A stretch of DNA of 37,459 nucleotides from a virus. Taxonomy: Duplodnaviria; Heunggongvirae; Uroviricota; Caudoviricetes. This document shows positions 27,305 to 36,925 of the stretch, piece after piece (position 1 is the first letter of the stretch; each line of letters opens with the position of its first letter). A model generated the notes under the pieces. The model saw only the letters and a list, made by a program, of their open reading frames with translations, ran no database searches and was not told the origin of the DNA. Where the stretch lies: IMG/VR virus record IMGVR_UViG_2695420539_000016, one strand, 5' to 3'. The translations under genes and the position numbers were made by a program.

Positions 27305-29129
27305 ATTTGAGCTTAAGGCGTTGATCACCGGTGTCGACAGACTTTCTCCCGCGCTGTCGAAAATGCAAAAGAAAATCCGGGGATTTAAACGCCAGGCGGA
27401 AGAAGCATCACAGGGTGGGCTGGCGCTTGGTGGCGGACTGGCAGCGGGTCTGACGCTTTCCCTGAAATCTTATGCCGATCAGGAAAACGCCGCCACCGGG
27501 CTGAAAGTCGCCATGATGGATGCGAACGGCGAGGTCGGAAAGAGCTTTCAGGACATCAATAAACTGGCTATTGGCCTGGGTAACCAGCTACCCGGTACAA
27601 CGGCTGATTTCCAGAACATGATGCAGATGCTGGTGCGTCAGGGGATCCCGGCAGAAAATATTCTTGGCGGTGTGGGTAAAGCGACAGCTTATCTTGCGGT
27701 ACAACTGAAAAAAACACCGGAAGCGGCTGCTGAGTTTGCTGCAAAGATGCAGGATGCTACCGGAACGGCGTCAGAAGACATGATGGGGCTGTTCGACACT
27801 ATCCAGAAGGCGTTTTATCTGGGCGTTGACGATACCAACATGTTGTCCTTCTTCACTAAAACCAGTTCTGTTCTGAAGATGGTGAACAAGGACGGTCTTC
27901 AGGCTGCACAGAGCCTTGCCCCCATCAGCGTCATGATGGATCAGATGGGGATGAACGGGGAGTCGGCAGGTAATGCCCTGCGAAAAGTTATCCAGTCCGG
28001 ATTAAGCGTTAAGAAAATCAGGGACGTTAATAAAGTTATGGCCCGCCAGAAACTCGGGGTACAGCTCGATTTTACTGACGGCAAAGGGAGTTTTGGCGGT
28101 CTTGATAACATGTTCAGGCAACTGGCAAAGCTGCGAAAACTGACCGACGTTAAGCGAACCGGTGTACTTAAGGCAATATTTGGTGATGATGCCGAAACCC
28201 TTCAGGTGGTCAATGCTCTGATCGATAAAGGAAAGGATGGTTACGATCAGATCCAGCAGAAGATGAATAAACAGGCCAGCCTGAATAAACGTGTTCAGGC
28301 CCAGCTTGGTACGCTGTCCAACCTGTGGGAGGCAATGACGGGGACCGCAACTAACGGCCTTGCGGCTATTGGCGGCGCATTTTCTGGTGACGTCAAAAAT
28401 ATCACGCAATGGCTGGGGGAGTTAGGGGAAAAATTCACGAAGTTTGCGGATGAAAATCCCCGGGTTATTCGCGGCGTCGTCGGGCTTGCTGCCGGTCTTG
28501 CGATTCTGAAACTGGGATTGATGGGCGTGGGCAGTGCCATCAGTATCGTCAGCAGGATCATGTCGATGACGCCGATTGGCATGATTGCGACGGCGATAGC
28601 CCTGGCTGCGGGATTAATTATCACTAACTGGGATGTTGTCGGACCTTATTTTAAGAAGCTCTGGGAAACCATTAGTCCTTATTTTGAGGCTGGCTGGGAA
28701 CTTCTGAAGAAGGTTTTTGCCTGGTCGCCGCTGGGGATGGTGATCAATAACTGGGGACCGGTTGTTAAGTGGTTTCAGGATATGTGGGATAAGCTGAAGC
28801 CGATTATTGAATGGTTTACCGACAGTTCCGGTGACACGGTCGATGCCATTAACTCGGCGCAGTGGGGCGCGGGTGCTTATGATGCTTATGGGACGGGAAT
28901 ACCGCCACGGGGATACACTCCTTATCCGGAGGTGGATCCGGCTCAGGCAAACAACGCCTCCGGTGCCACAGGTCCGAATCCCTTCATGATTAATAAAGCT
29001 ACCGCGCCAAAAGTTGATGGTGAGATCAAGGTATCATTTATAAATATGCCACCAGGTATGCGGGTTACGGAAACACGCTCCAGTGGCATTGATATAAATC
29101 ACGATGTTGGCTATACCCGATTTTGGTAG
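27297..29129 (+). CDS. Tail tape measure protein
   Basis: 610 aa, Ala/Gly-rich with hydrophobic central region. Confidence 0.8.
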   Translation: MAEFELKALITGVDRLSPALSKMQKKIRGFKRQAEEASQGGLALGGGLAAGLTLSLKSYADQENAATGLKVAMMDANGEVGKSFQDINKLAIGLGNQLPGTTADFQNMMQMLVRQGIPAENILGGVGKATAYLAVQLKKTPEAAAEFAAKMQDATGTASEDMMGLFDTIQKAFYLGVDDTNMLSFFTKTSSVLKMVNKDGLQAAQSLAPISVMMDQMGMNGESAGNALRKVIQSGLSVKKIRDVNKVMARQKLGVQLDFTDGKGSFGGLDNMFRQLAKLRKLTDVKRTGVLKAIFGDDAETLQVVNALIDKGKDGYDQIQQKMNKQASLNKRVQAQLGTLSNLWEAMTGTATNGLAAIGGAFSGDVKNITQWLGELGEKFTKFADENPRVIRGVVGLAAGLAILKLGLMGVGSAISIVSRIMSMTPIGMIATAIALAAGLIITNWDVVGPYFKKLWETISPYFEAGWELLKKVFAWSPLGMVINNWGPVVKWFQDMWDKLKPIIEWFTDSSGDTVDAINSAQWGAGAYDAYGTGIPPRGYTPYPEVDPAQANNASGATGPNPFMINKATAPKVDGEIKVSFINMPPGMRVTETRSSGIDINHDVGYTRFW

Positions 29130-29157
29130 CCAGGATTCCCCTCACAGGTATTGCTGG

Positions 29158-29185
29158 TTGTAAGTCATAAATAGAGTGATAGAAT
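29158..29185 (+). promoter_or_regulatory. Candidate sigma70 promoter of moron 3
   Basis: TTGTAA, 16-bp spacer, TAGAAT. Confidence 0.35.
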
Positions 29186-29220
29186 TAATGCACATTTAGA
29201 AAAATGTTAATAGGCGAAAA

Positions 29221-29751
29221 ATGAAAGGCTATATCACAGCAAGTGTAATTCTTGGAGCAGCGGCTATTTTTTCATCTCTCATAATCTCTGGCAACATCTC
29301 CTTTAAAGATGAACATATTATTCAGTTATCTGGAGGAGCCATAAAACTTGGTGATGTTTATAAAGAAAATAAATTGATAAGTGCAAAGATTATTTTTCCA
29401 GATAATCAGGGTGAACAGATTCTTGTTGTCGACGGCAATCCTGAAAACTTTAAGGAGGATTTTCAGGAGAAATTAAATAAAGTAATAAAAACTTTAAATG
29501 CGTCAAAGAAAAAAGATGAAGAGAAAGTTAGCCTGGATAATTTAAGTGTTATTGAAGAGTCTAAACTAGAGCTCGTTTCTGCGGTGCGTTACTCTGCTCA
29601 GTATGTTCCTATGTTTACTCTGACGCTGGACAAAAAAGAAATTACCATGCCTAAAAATACGGTAATATTTCCATTTGCCAGCGATGAAACAGCTAAGTAT
29701 TTAAATGAACAACAGCAAAAGTATAAAGATTCGTTGTTTCTGACTCGCTAA
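29221..29751 (+). CDS. Signal-anchored/secreted hypothetical protein (moron 3); candidate superinfection-exclusion factor
   Basis: 176 aa with hydrophobic N-terminus MKGYITASVILGAAAIFSSLIISG, Lys/Glu-rich remainder; AT-rich island inside the tail operon. Confidence 0.5.
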   Translation: MKGYITASVILGAAAIFSSLIISGNISFKDEHIIQLSGGAIKLGDVYKENKLISAKIIFPDNQGEQILVVDGNPENFKEDFQEKLNKVIKTLNASKKKDEEKVSLDNLSVIEESKLELVSAVRYSAQYVPMFTLTLDKKEITMPKNTVIFPFASDETAKYLNEQQQKYKDSLFLTR

Positions 29752-29771
29752 TTAATAAAATTCATTACAAG

Positions 29772-29798
29772 GCCACCTTCTAATAGGTGGCTTTTTAA
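29772..29798 (+). terminator. Rho-independent terminator of moron 3
   Basis: GCCACCT-TCTAAT-AGGTGGC then TTTTTAATTTT. Confidence 0.6.
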
Positions 29799-29812
29799 TT
29801 TTCGGAGTATAT

Positions 29813-31141
29813 ATGACGTGGAAAGACAGGCTTCAGGACGCGTCATTTCGCGGCGTGCCGTTTAAGGTTGAAGAAGAAAGTGCGGGAACCGGTCGCCGTG
29901 TGGAAACACATGAATACCCGAACCGCGACAAACCCTATACCGAAGACCTGGGGAAAATCACTTTTCGCCCGTCCATCACGGCTTATGTGGTGGGAGATGA
30001 CTGCTTTGACCAGCGCGATCGCCTGATTGAAGCGCTGAATAAACCAGGTCCCGGCACGCTTGTCCACCCGACATATGGTGAGCTGAAAGTCTGTGTTGAC
30101 GGGGAAGTTCGGGTCAGCACATCGAAAAGTGAAGGGCGTATTGTCCGCTTTGACCTGAAGTTTGTCGAAGCAGGAGAACTCTCTTACCCCACATCAGGTG
30201 CGGCGACGGCGCAGACGCTGATGTCATCCTGTTCTGCACTGGATGACTGCATCAGTGACAGCTTCAGCGGTTTCAGTATCGATGGTGTGGCGGATTTCGT
30301 GCAGAACGACGTTATCGGTAATGCCAGCATAATGCTGGGGTATGTTTCTGATGCGATGAAAGTGGTGGATTCTGCCGTATCGGATGCCGCCAGGCTGTTG
30401 CAGGGGGATATCTCGGTACTTCTGCCGCCGCCATCGTCAGGCAAAAATTTCGTTGAACAGGTGCAGAAAATGTGGCGTACCGGGAAACGCCTTTATGGTA
30501 ACGCCAGCGACCTGGTCACCATGATCAAAACGCTTTCTGGTGTCAGCCTCGGCAGCGATTTGCAACCGCGCGGCGTCTGGAAAACGGACAGTAAAACCAC
30601 CGCCACAGCGACGCAGCAGCGTAACATGGTTGCCAGCACCCTTCGTACGACTGCAATCAGCGAAGCGGCGTATGCCGTTACCCGATTGCCTGCGCCAACA
30701 ACTTCTGCGGTGATGCAGAATGCCGCAGTGGGGCAGTCAACAACACCCGCGCAGAGCTCCGGCTGGCCTGCCGTCACGCATCCGGTGCTGAACAATGCAC
30801 CGGCGGTAAAAAACACGGTTGACCTGCCAACGTGGGAAGAACTGACCGACATTCGCGACACACTGAATACGGCAACTGATAAGGAGTTGTCCCGTACAAC
30901 CAGTGATGCGCTGTTTCTGGCGCTGCGCCGGGTGAAAGCAGATCTGAATGCGGATATCAACACGCGCCTTGAACAGTCTGCACGGATCATTCAGCGCACG
31001 CCGGATGAGGTTTTACCCGCGCTGGTGCTGGCGGCGACCTGGTTTGATAACGCGGCGCGTGACGCGGACATTATCCGGCGTAATGCCATTACGCATCCCG
31101 GCTTTGTGCCGGTGATCCCTCTGAAGGTGCCAGTGCAATGA
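29813..31141 (+). CDS. DNA circularisation protein (Mu gpN-like)
   Basis: 442 aa; position after the tape measure. Confidence 0.7.
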   Translation: MTWKDRLQDASFRGVPFKVEEESAGTGRRVETHEYPNRDKPYTEDLGKITFRPSITAYVVGDDCFDQRDRLIEALNKPGPGTLVHPTYGELKVCVDGEVRVSTSKSEGRIVRFDLKFVEAGELSYPTSGAATAQTLMSSCSALDDCISDSFSGFSIDGVADFVQNDVIGNASIMLGYVSDAMKVVDSAVSDAARLLQGDISVLLPPPSSGKNFVEQVQKMWRTGKRLYGNASDLVTMIKTLSGVSLGSDLQPRGVWKTDSKTTATATQQRNMVASTLRTTAISEAAYAVTRLPAPTTSAVMQNAAVGQSTTPAQSSGWPAVTHPVLNNAPAVKNTVDLPTWEELTDIRDTLNTATDKELSRTTSDALFLALRRVKADLNADINTRLEQSARIIQRTPDEVLPALVLAATWFDNAARDADIIRRNAITHPGFVPVIPLKVPVQ

Positions 31142-32217
31142 ACGATAACGTCACGCTACGGGTAAATGGCCGAGAGTGGAATGGCTGGACATCGGTGCGC
31201 ATCGGTGCCGGTATTGAACGGCTGGCGCGGGATTTCAGCGTGGAGATCACCCGCCAGTGGCCGGGAGATGAGGGTATCACCACGCTTCAGCCGCGCATTA
31301 AAAATGGTTCAAAAGTGGAAGTGCTGATTGGTGATGAGCTGGTGATCACCGGCTGGGTGGAGGCGACCCCCGTTCGTTACGATGCCCGTTCGGTCAGCAC
31401 CGGTATTGCCGGACGTAGTCTGACTGCTGACCTGATTGACTGTGCAGCCGAACCGACACAGTTTAACGGACGATCGCTGGTACAGATTGCGCAGGCGCTT
31501 GCTGCGCCTTTCGGCATTGAGGTGGTGAACAGCGATGCGCCGTCGGGTGTTATTCCGGATGTCCAGCCTGATCACGGTGAAACGGTGATCGAGGTGATCA
31601 ACAAAATACTCGGTCAGCAGCAGGCGCTGGCTTATGACGACCCGCACGGCAGGCTGGTGATTGGTGGTATTGGCTCAACGCGGGCACATACCGCGCTGGT
31701 ACTTGGGGAAAACATCCTTTCCTGTGATACGGAGAAGAGTATCCGGGAGCGGTTTTCAGTTTACCAGGTGGCGGGGCAGCGTGCCGGAAACGACGATGAT
31801 TTCGGTGAGGCCACCACCACCGCGCTGCGGGCCCGCACAGAGGATGCATTTATTGCCCGTTACCGTCCGATGTATATCAGGCAGACAGGGCAGGCTACGG
31901 GGGCAGGCTGTATTGCGCGTGCTGACTTTGAAGCCCGACAACGGGCGGCGCGGACGGATGAAACCACCTATGTGGTGCAGGGCTGGCGACAGGGTAACGG
32001 TACGCTGTGGCAGCCCAACCAGCGGGTGATTGTCTTCGATCCGGTCTGTGGTTTCGACAATACCGAACTGCTTGTCTCGGAAGTCACGTTTACTCAGGAC
32101 CAGAATGGCACCCTGACGGAAATCCGTGTCGGCCCACCTGATGCTTATCTGCCTGAACCCGAAGCCCCCGGCGCGCGGAAAAAGAAAAAAGCCAGAGTAC
32201 AGGAGGACCCGTTCTGA
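31138..32217 (+). CDS. Tail/baseplate hub protein (Mu gpP / P2 gpD-like)
   Basis: 359 aa. Confidence 0.65.
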   Translation: MNDNVTLRVNGREWNGWTSVRIGAGIERLARDFSVEITRQWPGDEGITTLQPRIKNGSKVEVLIGDELVITGWVEATPVRYDARSVSTGIAGRSLTADLIDCAAEPTQFNGRSLVQIAQALAAPFGIEVVNSDAPSGVIPDVQPDHGETVIEVINKILGQQQALAYDDPHGRLVIGGIGSTRAHTALVLGENILSCDTEKSIRERFSVYQVAGQRAGNDDDFGEATTTALRARTEDAFIARYRPMYIRQTGQATGAGCIARADFEARQRAARTDETTYVVQGWRQGNGTLWQPNQRVIVFDPVCGFDNTELLVSEVTFTQDQNGTLTEIRVGPPDAYLPEPEAPGARKKKKARVQEDPF

Positions 32218-32765
32218 TGAGGACGATTGAAGCCATGCAGCGACAACTTCTCGGCCTGATTGGGCGGGCAGTGGTGAAAAGCATCAGTGCCGCCACGAAA
32301 TGTCAGACCGTGGATGTGTCCCTGATTGCCGGTGAACCCAAAGCCGGGGTTGAACATCTTGAACCCTACGGTTTTACCGCAAGGGCAAACAGCGGTGCGG
32401 AAGCGGTGGTGTTGTTTCCGGATGGCGACCGTTCTCATGCGGTGGTTGTTACGGTGTCGGACCGGCGCTACCGCCTGAAAGGGCTGCAGACGGGTGAGGT
32501 GGCTGTCTATGACGATCAGGGGCAGTCCGTGACGCTGACCCGGGAGGGGATCGTGGTGGACGGTGCAGGTAAAACGATCACGTTTCGCAATTCACCTAAA
32601 GCACGTTTTGAAATGGACCTGGAAGTGACAGGACAGGTGAAAGACCTGTGCGACTCCAGCGGCACCACCATGTCAGCGATGCGGCTTGCCTATAACGGGC
32701 ATCGTCACAGAGAGAACGGTCAGGGCAGTAACACCGACAAACCTGATAAAGCGATGGAGGCATGA
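32217..32765 (+). CDS. Baseplate assembly/spike protein (gpV / Mu gp45-like)
   Basis: 182 aa. Confidence 0.65.
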   Translation: MRTIEAMQRQLLGLIGRAVVKSISAATKCQTVDVSLIAGEPKAGVEHLEPYGFTARANSGAEAVVLFPDGDRSHAVVVTVSDRRYRLKGLQTGEVAVYDDQGQSVTLTREGIVVDGAGKTITFRNSPKARFEMDLEVTGQVKDLCDSSGTTMSAMRLAYNGHRHRENGQGSNTDKPDKAMEA

Positions 32766-33190
32766 TGGAACTGTGGCTGACGGTGAACGGTAAACGCACC
32801 TGCGCCAGCGCACCGCTGGATCCGCTGACCCGCGCCGTGGTGATTTCCCTGTTTACCTGGCGGCGGGCGGAGCCTGATGACAACGCCGACGTCCCGATGG
32901 GATGGTGGGGGGATACCTGGCCTGCGGTACAGAATGACCGTTACGGCTCCCGACTGTGGCTGCTTCAGCGCAGCAAACTGACCAATCAGCTGGTGCTGAC
33001 GGTAAGGGGGTATATCCGCGAATGCCTGCAATGGATGATTGATGACGGCGTGGTGTCCCGTATTGATCTGGATATCCGCCGCACCGGGATTAATGAACTG
33101 GGTAACAGTATCACTCTCTGGCGTCGTGACGGACCGGTAATGATTTCTTTTGATGATCTGTGGAGTGCGATAACGCATGGCGGACAGTGA
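32762..33190 (+). CDS. Baseplate protein (GP46 / gpW-like)
   Basis: 142 aa; motif RYGSRLWLLQR. Confidence 0.6.
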   Translation: MMELWLTVNGKRTCASAPLDPLTRAVVISLFTWRRAEPDDNADVPMGWWGDTWPAVQNDRYGSRLWLLQRSKLTNQLVLTVRGYIRECLQWMIDDGVVSRIDLDIRRTGINELGNSITLWRRDGPVMISFDDLWSAITHGGQ

Positions 33191-34235
33191 ATTTCAGCGC
33201 CCGACGCTGGCTGAAAATATCAGTATGCTCCGTAACGATTTATTCGCCAGGCTGGACGTCAGCGACACGCTCCGGCGCATGGATGAAGACGTGCGGGCAA
33301 AGGTGTATGCGGCGGCGCTGCATACGGTTTACGGGTACATCGATTATCTGGCAATGAACATGCTGCCTGACCTGTGCGATGAGTCCTGGCTGGCGCGACA
33401 TGCTGCGATGAAACGGTGTCCGCGCAAGGGGGCCACGGCTGCCAGCGGGTATATGCGCTGGGAAGGTGTCAGCGATGGCCTGAAGGTGACCGCCGGGAGT
33501 GTTATTCAGCGCGATGACCTGGTTCAGTATACTGCAACTGCCGATGCAACCAGCTCCGGTGGTGTCCTGCGCGTGCCGATCGCCTGCTCAAATGCAGGCG
33601 CGGTCGGTAACGCTGACGACGGTACGGCATTAATCCTGGTCACGCCGGTGAATGGTCTGCCGTCTTCCGGTGTGGCTGACACCCTGACAGGCGGATTTGA
33701 TACTGAAGAGCTGGAAACGTGGCGCGCCCGCGTCATTGAGCGGTATTACTGGACGCCGCAGGGCGGGGCTGACGGGGACTATGTCGTATGGGCTAAAGAA
33801 GTGCCCGGCATTACCCGCGCATGGACATACCGTCACTGGATGGGAACGGGAACTGTCGGTGTGATGATTGCCAGCAGTGACCTGATTAATCCCATTCCGG
33901 AAGAATCAACGGAAACGGCGGCAAGACAACATATCGGGCCACTGGCCCCGGTGGCAGGCTCTGATTTGTATGTGTTCAGGCCGGTGGCACATACGGTGGA
34001 TTTTCATATCCGCGTGACGCCGGACACACCGGAAATACGGGCTGCCATCACCGCGGAGTTGCGTTCGTTCCTGCTGCGTGATGGTTATCCGCAGGGAGAA
34101 CTGAAGGTATCGCGTATCAGTGAGGCGATTTCCGGTGCGAACGGGGAATACAGCCATCAGTTGCTTGCACCGGCAGACAATATCTCCATTGCAAAAAATG
34201 AACTGGCGGTACTGGGGACGATTTCATGGACGTGA
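33177..34235 (+). CDS. Baseplate J-like protein (Mu gp47-like)
   Basis: 352 aa. Confidence 0.7.
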   Translation: MADSEFQRPTLAENISMLRNDLFARLDVSDTLRRMDEDVRAKVYAAALHTVYGYIDYLAMNMLPDLCDESWLARHAAMKRCPRKGATAASGYMRWEGVSDGLKVTAGSVIQRDDLVQYTATADATSSGGVLRVPIACSNAGAVGNADDGTALILVTPVNGLPSSGVADTLTGGFDTEELETWRARVIERYYWTPQGGADGDYVVWAKEVPGITRAWTYRHWMGTGTVGVMIASSDLINPIPEESTETAARQHIGPLAPVAGSDLYVFRPVAHTVDFHIRVTPDTPEIRAAITAELRSFLLRDGYPQGELKVSRISEAISGANGEYSHQLLAPADNISIAKNELAVLGTISWT

Positions 34236-34810
34236 CAAACGATGATTACATCCGTCTGTTGTCGGCACTGTTGCCCCCCGGTCCGGCGTGGTCAGCCAGC
34301 GATCCGGCGATTGCCGGTGCGGCACCGTCATTAACCCGCGTTCATCAGCGTGCGGATGCCCTGATGCGGGAGCTGGATCCGCGCACCACCACTGAACTGA
34401 TAAACCGCTGGGAGCGTCTGTGCGGTCTGCCGGATGAATGTATTCCCGCAGGGACACAGACCCTTCGCCAGCGTCAGCAACGGCTGGATGCGAAGGTTAA
34501 CCTGGCGGGTGGCATCAACGAGGATTTTTATCTTGCACAGCTTGCTGCCCTGGGCAGACCAGATGCCGCCATCACGCGATACGACAAAAGCACGTTCACC
34601 TGCTCATCGGCCTGTACTGACGCTGTGAACGCGCCTGAATGGCGGTATTACTGGCAGGTCAACATGCCAGCCGCCACCAACACCACCTGGATGACATGTG
34701 GCGATCCCTGTGATTCCGCACTGCGTATCTGGGGCGACACAGTTGTCGAATGTGTGCTTAACAAACTCTGCCCGTCGCATACCTACGTAATTTTTAAATA
34801 TCCGGAGTAA
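34226..34810 (+). CDS. Tail protein, YmfQ / Mu gp48-like (DUF2313-type)
   Basis: 194 aa, immediately upstream of the tail fibre gene. Confidence 0.65.
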   Translation: MDVTNDDYIRLLSALLPPGPAWSASDPAIAGAAPSLTRVHQRADALMRELDPRTTTELINRWERLCGLPDECIPAGTQTLRQRQQRLDAKVNLAGGINEDFYLAQLAALGRPDAAITRYDKSTFTCSSACTDAVNAPEWRYYWQVNMPAATNTTWMTCGDPCDSALRIWGDTVVECVLNKLCPSHTYVIFKYPE

Positions 34811-34813
34811 TCC

Positions 34814-35470
34814 ATGCATCGTATAGACACGAAAACCGCGCAGAAGGATAAGTTCGGCGCGGGTAAGAACGGTTTTACCCGTGGTAACCCCCAGACCGGC
34901 ACGCCTGCCACCGATCTGGATGATGACTACTTTGACATGTTGCAGGAAGAGCTCTGCAGCGTGGTGGAGGCATCCGGTGCCAGCCTGGAGAAGGGGCGGC
35001 ATGACCAGCTGCTTACCGCGCTTCGTGCGCTGCTGTTAAGTCGCAAAAATCCGTTTGGCGATATCAAATCGGACGGCACGGTGAAAACGGCTCTTCAAAA
35101 CCTTGGTTTGGGAGAAGCGGCAAAACGGAATGTAGGTAACGGGCAAAACCAAATTCCGGATATGGCGGCGTTTGCCAGTTCACTTTCATCAACGGGTTTT
35201 CAAAAACTCCCTTCAGGTCTGATTATTCAGTGGGGTATTGTCAGTGGAGCATCAAACTATACGGTGACTTACCCGGTAACATTCCCAAATCGTTCACTTG
35301 CGCTGTTGGCTGTGCCACATACAACGTCGTTGGCTGGTATATCTGCAATGGGCATTGCGAACTGTTCTGATATCACCAAATCACAGTTCTATATAATTGT
35401 TGGCGGTATATCTCAGGGAGAAATTGTCAAATATGAAAGGTCCTGTTTTTGGGTAGCAATCGGTGTATAG
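34814..35470 (+). CDS. Tail fibre protein: constant N-terminal part fused across ixL to variable C-terminal exon A
   Basis: 218 aa; N-terminus [29 protein letters not shown] typical of P2 H / Mu S / e14 Stf fibres; crossover site lies at codons 93-101. Confidence 0.8.
   Translation: MHRIDTKTAQKDKFGAGKNGFTRGNPQTGTPATDLDDDYFDMLQEELCSVVEASGASLEKGRHDQLLTALRALLLSRKNPFGDIKSDGTVKTALQNLGLGEAAKRNVGNGQNQIPDMAAFASSLSSTGFQKLPSGLIIQWGIVSGASNYTVTYPVTFPNRSLALLAVPHTTSLAGISAMGIANCSDITKSQFYIIVGGISQGEIVKYERSCFWVAIGV
35091..35116. other. Crossover site ixL (Hin/Gin/Pin-type, native context)
   Basis: CTCTTCAAAACC-TT-GGTTTGGGAGAA; left half matches 10 of 12 to hixL TTCTTGAAAACC as I recall it. Confidence 0.6.
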
Positions 35471-35478
35471 GTATATCT

Positions 35479-35874
35479 ATGATTTATTTCTCAAAATCGA
35501 CTAATGGTTTTTTCTTTGATGGTATAAACAGCGACATGCCTGCTGACATTGTTGAGATAAGTACAGACTTATACAATGAATTAATTGCCGGACAGCAGGA
35601 AGGGGGTAAATTAATCACGTCAGATGAAAATGGTTTACCGGTACTGAAATCTCCGGCGATTGATTATGTCGCACGTGCTGAAAATCAGCGAATGCAGTTA
35701 CTTGCTCATGCCGATAATGTCACAGCTGACTGGCGAGTGGAATTAATGCTTGGTGATATCAGCAGTACAGATAAAGAAAAACTATCCGCCTGGATGGACT
35801 ACAAAAAAGAAGTAAAAGCCGTCGACACTTCGACGGCTCCTGAGATTAGCTGGCCTGAGTTACCGGAGGTGTAG
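35479..35874 (+). CDS. Tail fibre assembly protein (Tfa)
   Basis: Identical to 5067..5462. Confidence 0.75.
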   Translation: MIYFSKSTNGFFFDGINSDMPADIVEISTDLYNELIAGQQEGGKLITSDENGLPVLKSPAIDYVARAENQRMQLLAHADNVTADWRVELMLGDISSTDKEKLSAWMDYKKEVKAVDTSTAPEISWPELPEV

Positions 35875-36283
35875 GCCATTCAATATCTGGAGCACTGGAG
35901 GTATCCACCAGTTCCAGTGCGTCCAGGTAATCCAGCCACAAATTATATAGTGCCAGTTCCTCGTCTTTCAGACGACCAATAGCGGCTTTACCGGGCCATT
36001 GTTTACTGTTCATGTATTCGTTGGCCTGATTAAGCAATAATTGCCTTTCTGATTCTGCCTGTTGAATAAGTTCTTCATGCGATGGTGGAGGTATTAGTGC
36101 CCATGTGGGTAATCCATTTTTTCCTGCAACACGAATTTTGTCATATGGGGGCGTATTGATTGCAAATTCATTATAAACATCATCACTGACAGCCAGAGCA
36201 TCATCTGGCCATGAATTTGCATTAATGTAATCATCCTTAAGCGCAGGATTCACAAAAATGTTTAATGATGGACTATAAAACAT
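35846..36283 (-). CDS. Tail fibre assembly protein (Tfa')
   Basis: Identical to 5434..5871. Confidence 0.75.
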   Translation of the reverse strand: MFYSPSLNIFVNPALKDDYINANSWPDDALAVSDDVYNEFAINTPPYDKIRVAGKNGLPTWALIPPPSHEELIQQAESERQLLLNQANEYMNSKQWPGKAAIGRLKDEELALYNLWLDYLDALELVDTSSAPDIEWPTPPVTQAS

Positions 36284-36284
36284 A

Positions 36285-36632
36285 TTAACCCCCTATAGCG
36301 ATATAACGACCTAATACAGCATTTGCAGCAGTCGCTATGCTTGAAAAACCGCGGAACTGATTTGATGTAATTGCAGAAGCCGACAGGATTCCTGCGCCTG
36401 AAGGTGTATGCCCCACATGACTAACTATCATTCCATAACATGCTGACGGAAAGGCAAAAGGAAAATCATTAAGATATCCGGCATCTTCACCACCAGACCC
36501 ACCAAATCTCGCCTGCCCCCACTGAATAATCAGTGTTCTCCGGGAACCTGAAATAATTAACGGAATCGTTACATACCCATTCAGACCAATGACACCCGAT
36601 GCAGTGCCAGCCAGAGATAATTCTCCCAAACC
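36285..36632 (-). CDS. Silent alternative tail-fibre C-terminal exon B (expressed only after inversion)
   Basis: Identical to the exon in 5873..6262; the current orientation leaves it without the constant region. Confidence 0.55.
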   Translation of the reverse strand, partial: GLGELSLAGTASGVIGLNGYVTIPLIISGSRRTLIIQWGQARFGGSGGEDAGYLNDFPFAFPSACYGMIVSHVGHTPSGAGILSASAITSNQFRGFSSIATAANAVLGRYIAIGG

Positions 36633-36646
36633 AACGTTTATGAAAA
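36621..36646. other. Crossover site ixR, copy 2
   Basis: Same as 6209..6234. Confidence 0.55.
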
Positions 36647-36700
36647 TGCAGAAATAACGAGAAAATGGCATCATTCCTGCTTTTGTCAGAGGGAGCTACC

Positions 36701-36892
36701 ATGCTTATTGGCTATGTTTGCGTATCAACAAATGACCAGAAAATCGATCTACAACGTAATGCGTTGAACTGTGCAGGATGCGAGCTGATTTTTGAAGACA
36801 AGATAAGCGGTACAAAGTCCGAGAGCCTAGGGCTGACAGTGCTGTTCTTGATGCAAATTAAAGGATTTAATAGTGAGTTGCGGCCTTACTAA
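36701..36892 (+). pseudogene. Truncated pin-type invertase stub (third copy)
   Basis: Identical to 6289..6480. Confidence 0.75.
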
Positions 36893-36903
36893 TGTAAGGC
36901 CGC
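36880..36903. terminator. Hairpin between pin stub and GmrSD-like gene (third copy)
   Basis: Identical to 6468..6491. Confidence 0.35.
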
Positions 36904-36925
36904 TATAATCATTTTATTAATTGCA

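Larger units (their letters stand above)
35103..36634. other. Invertible tail-fibre segment, copy 2 (same orientation as copy 1)
   Basis: Identical ORF content to 4691..6222, offset 30412. Confidence 0.7.
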
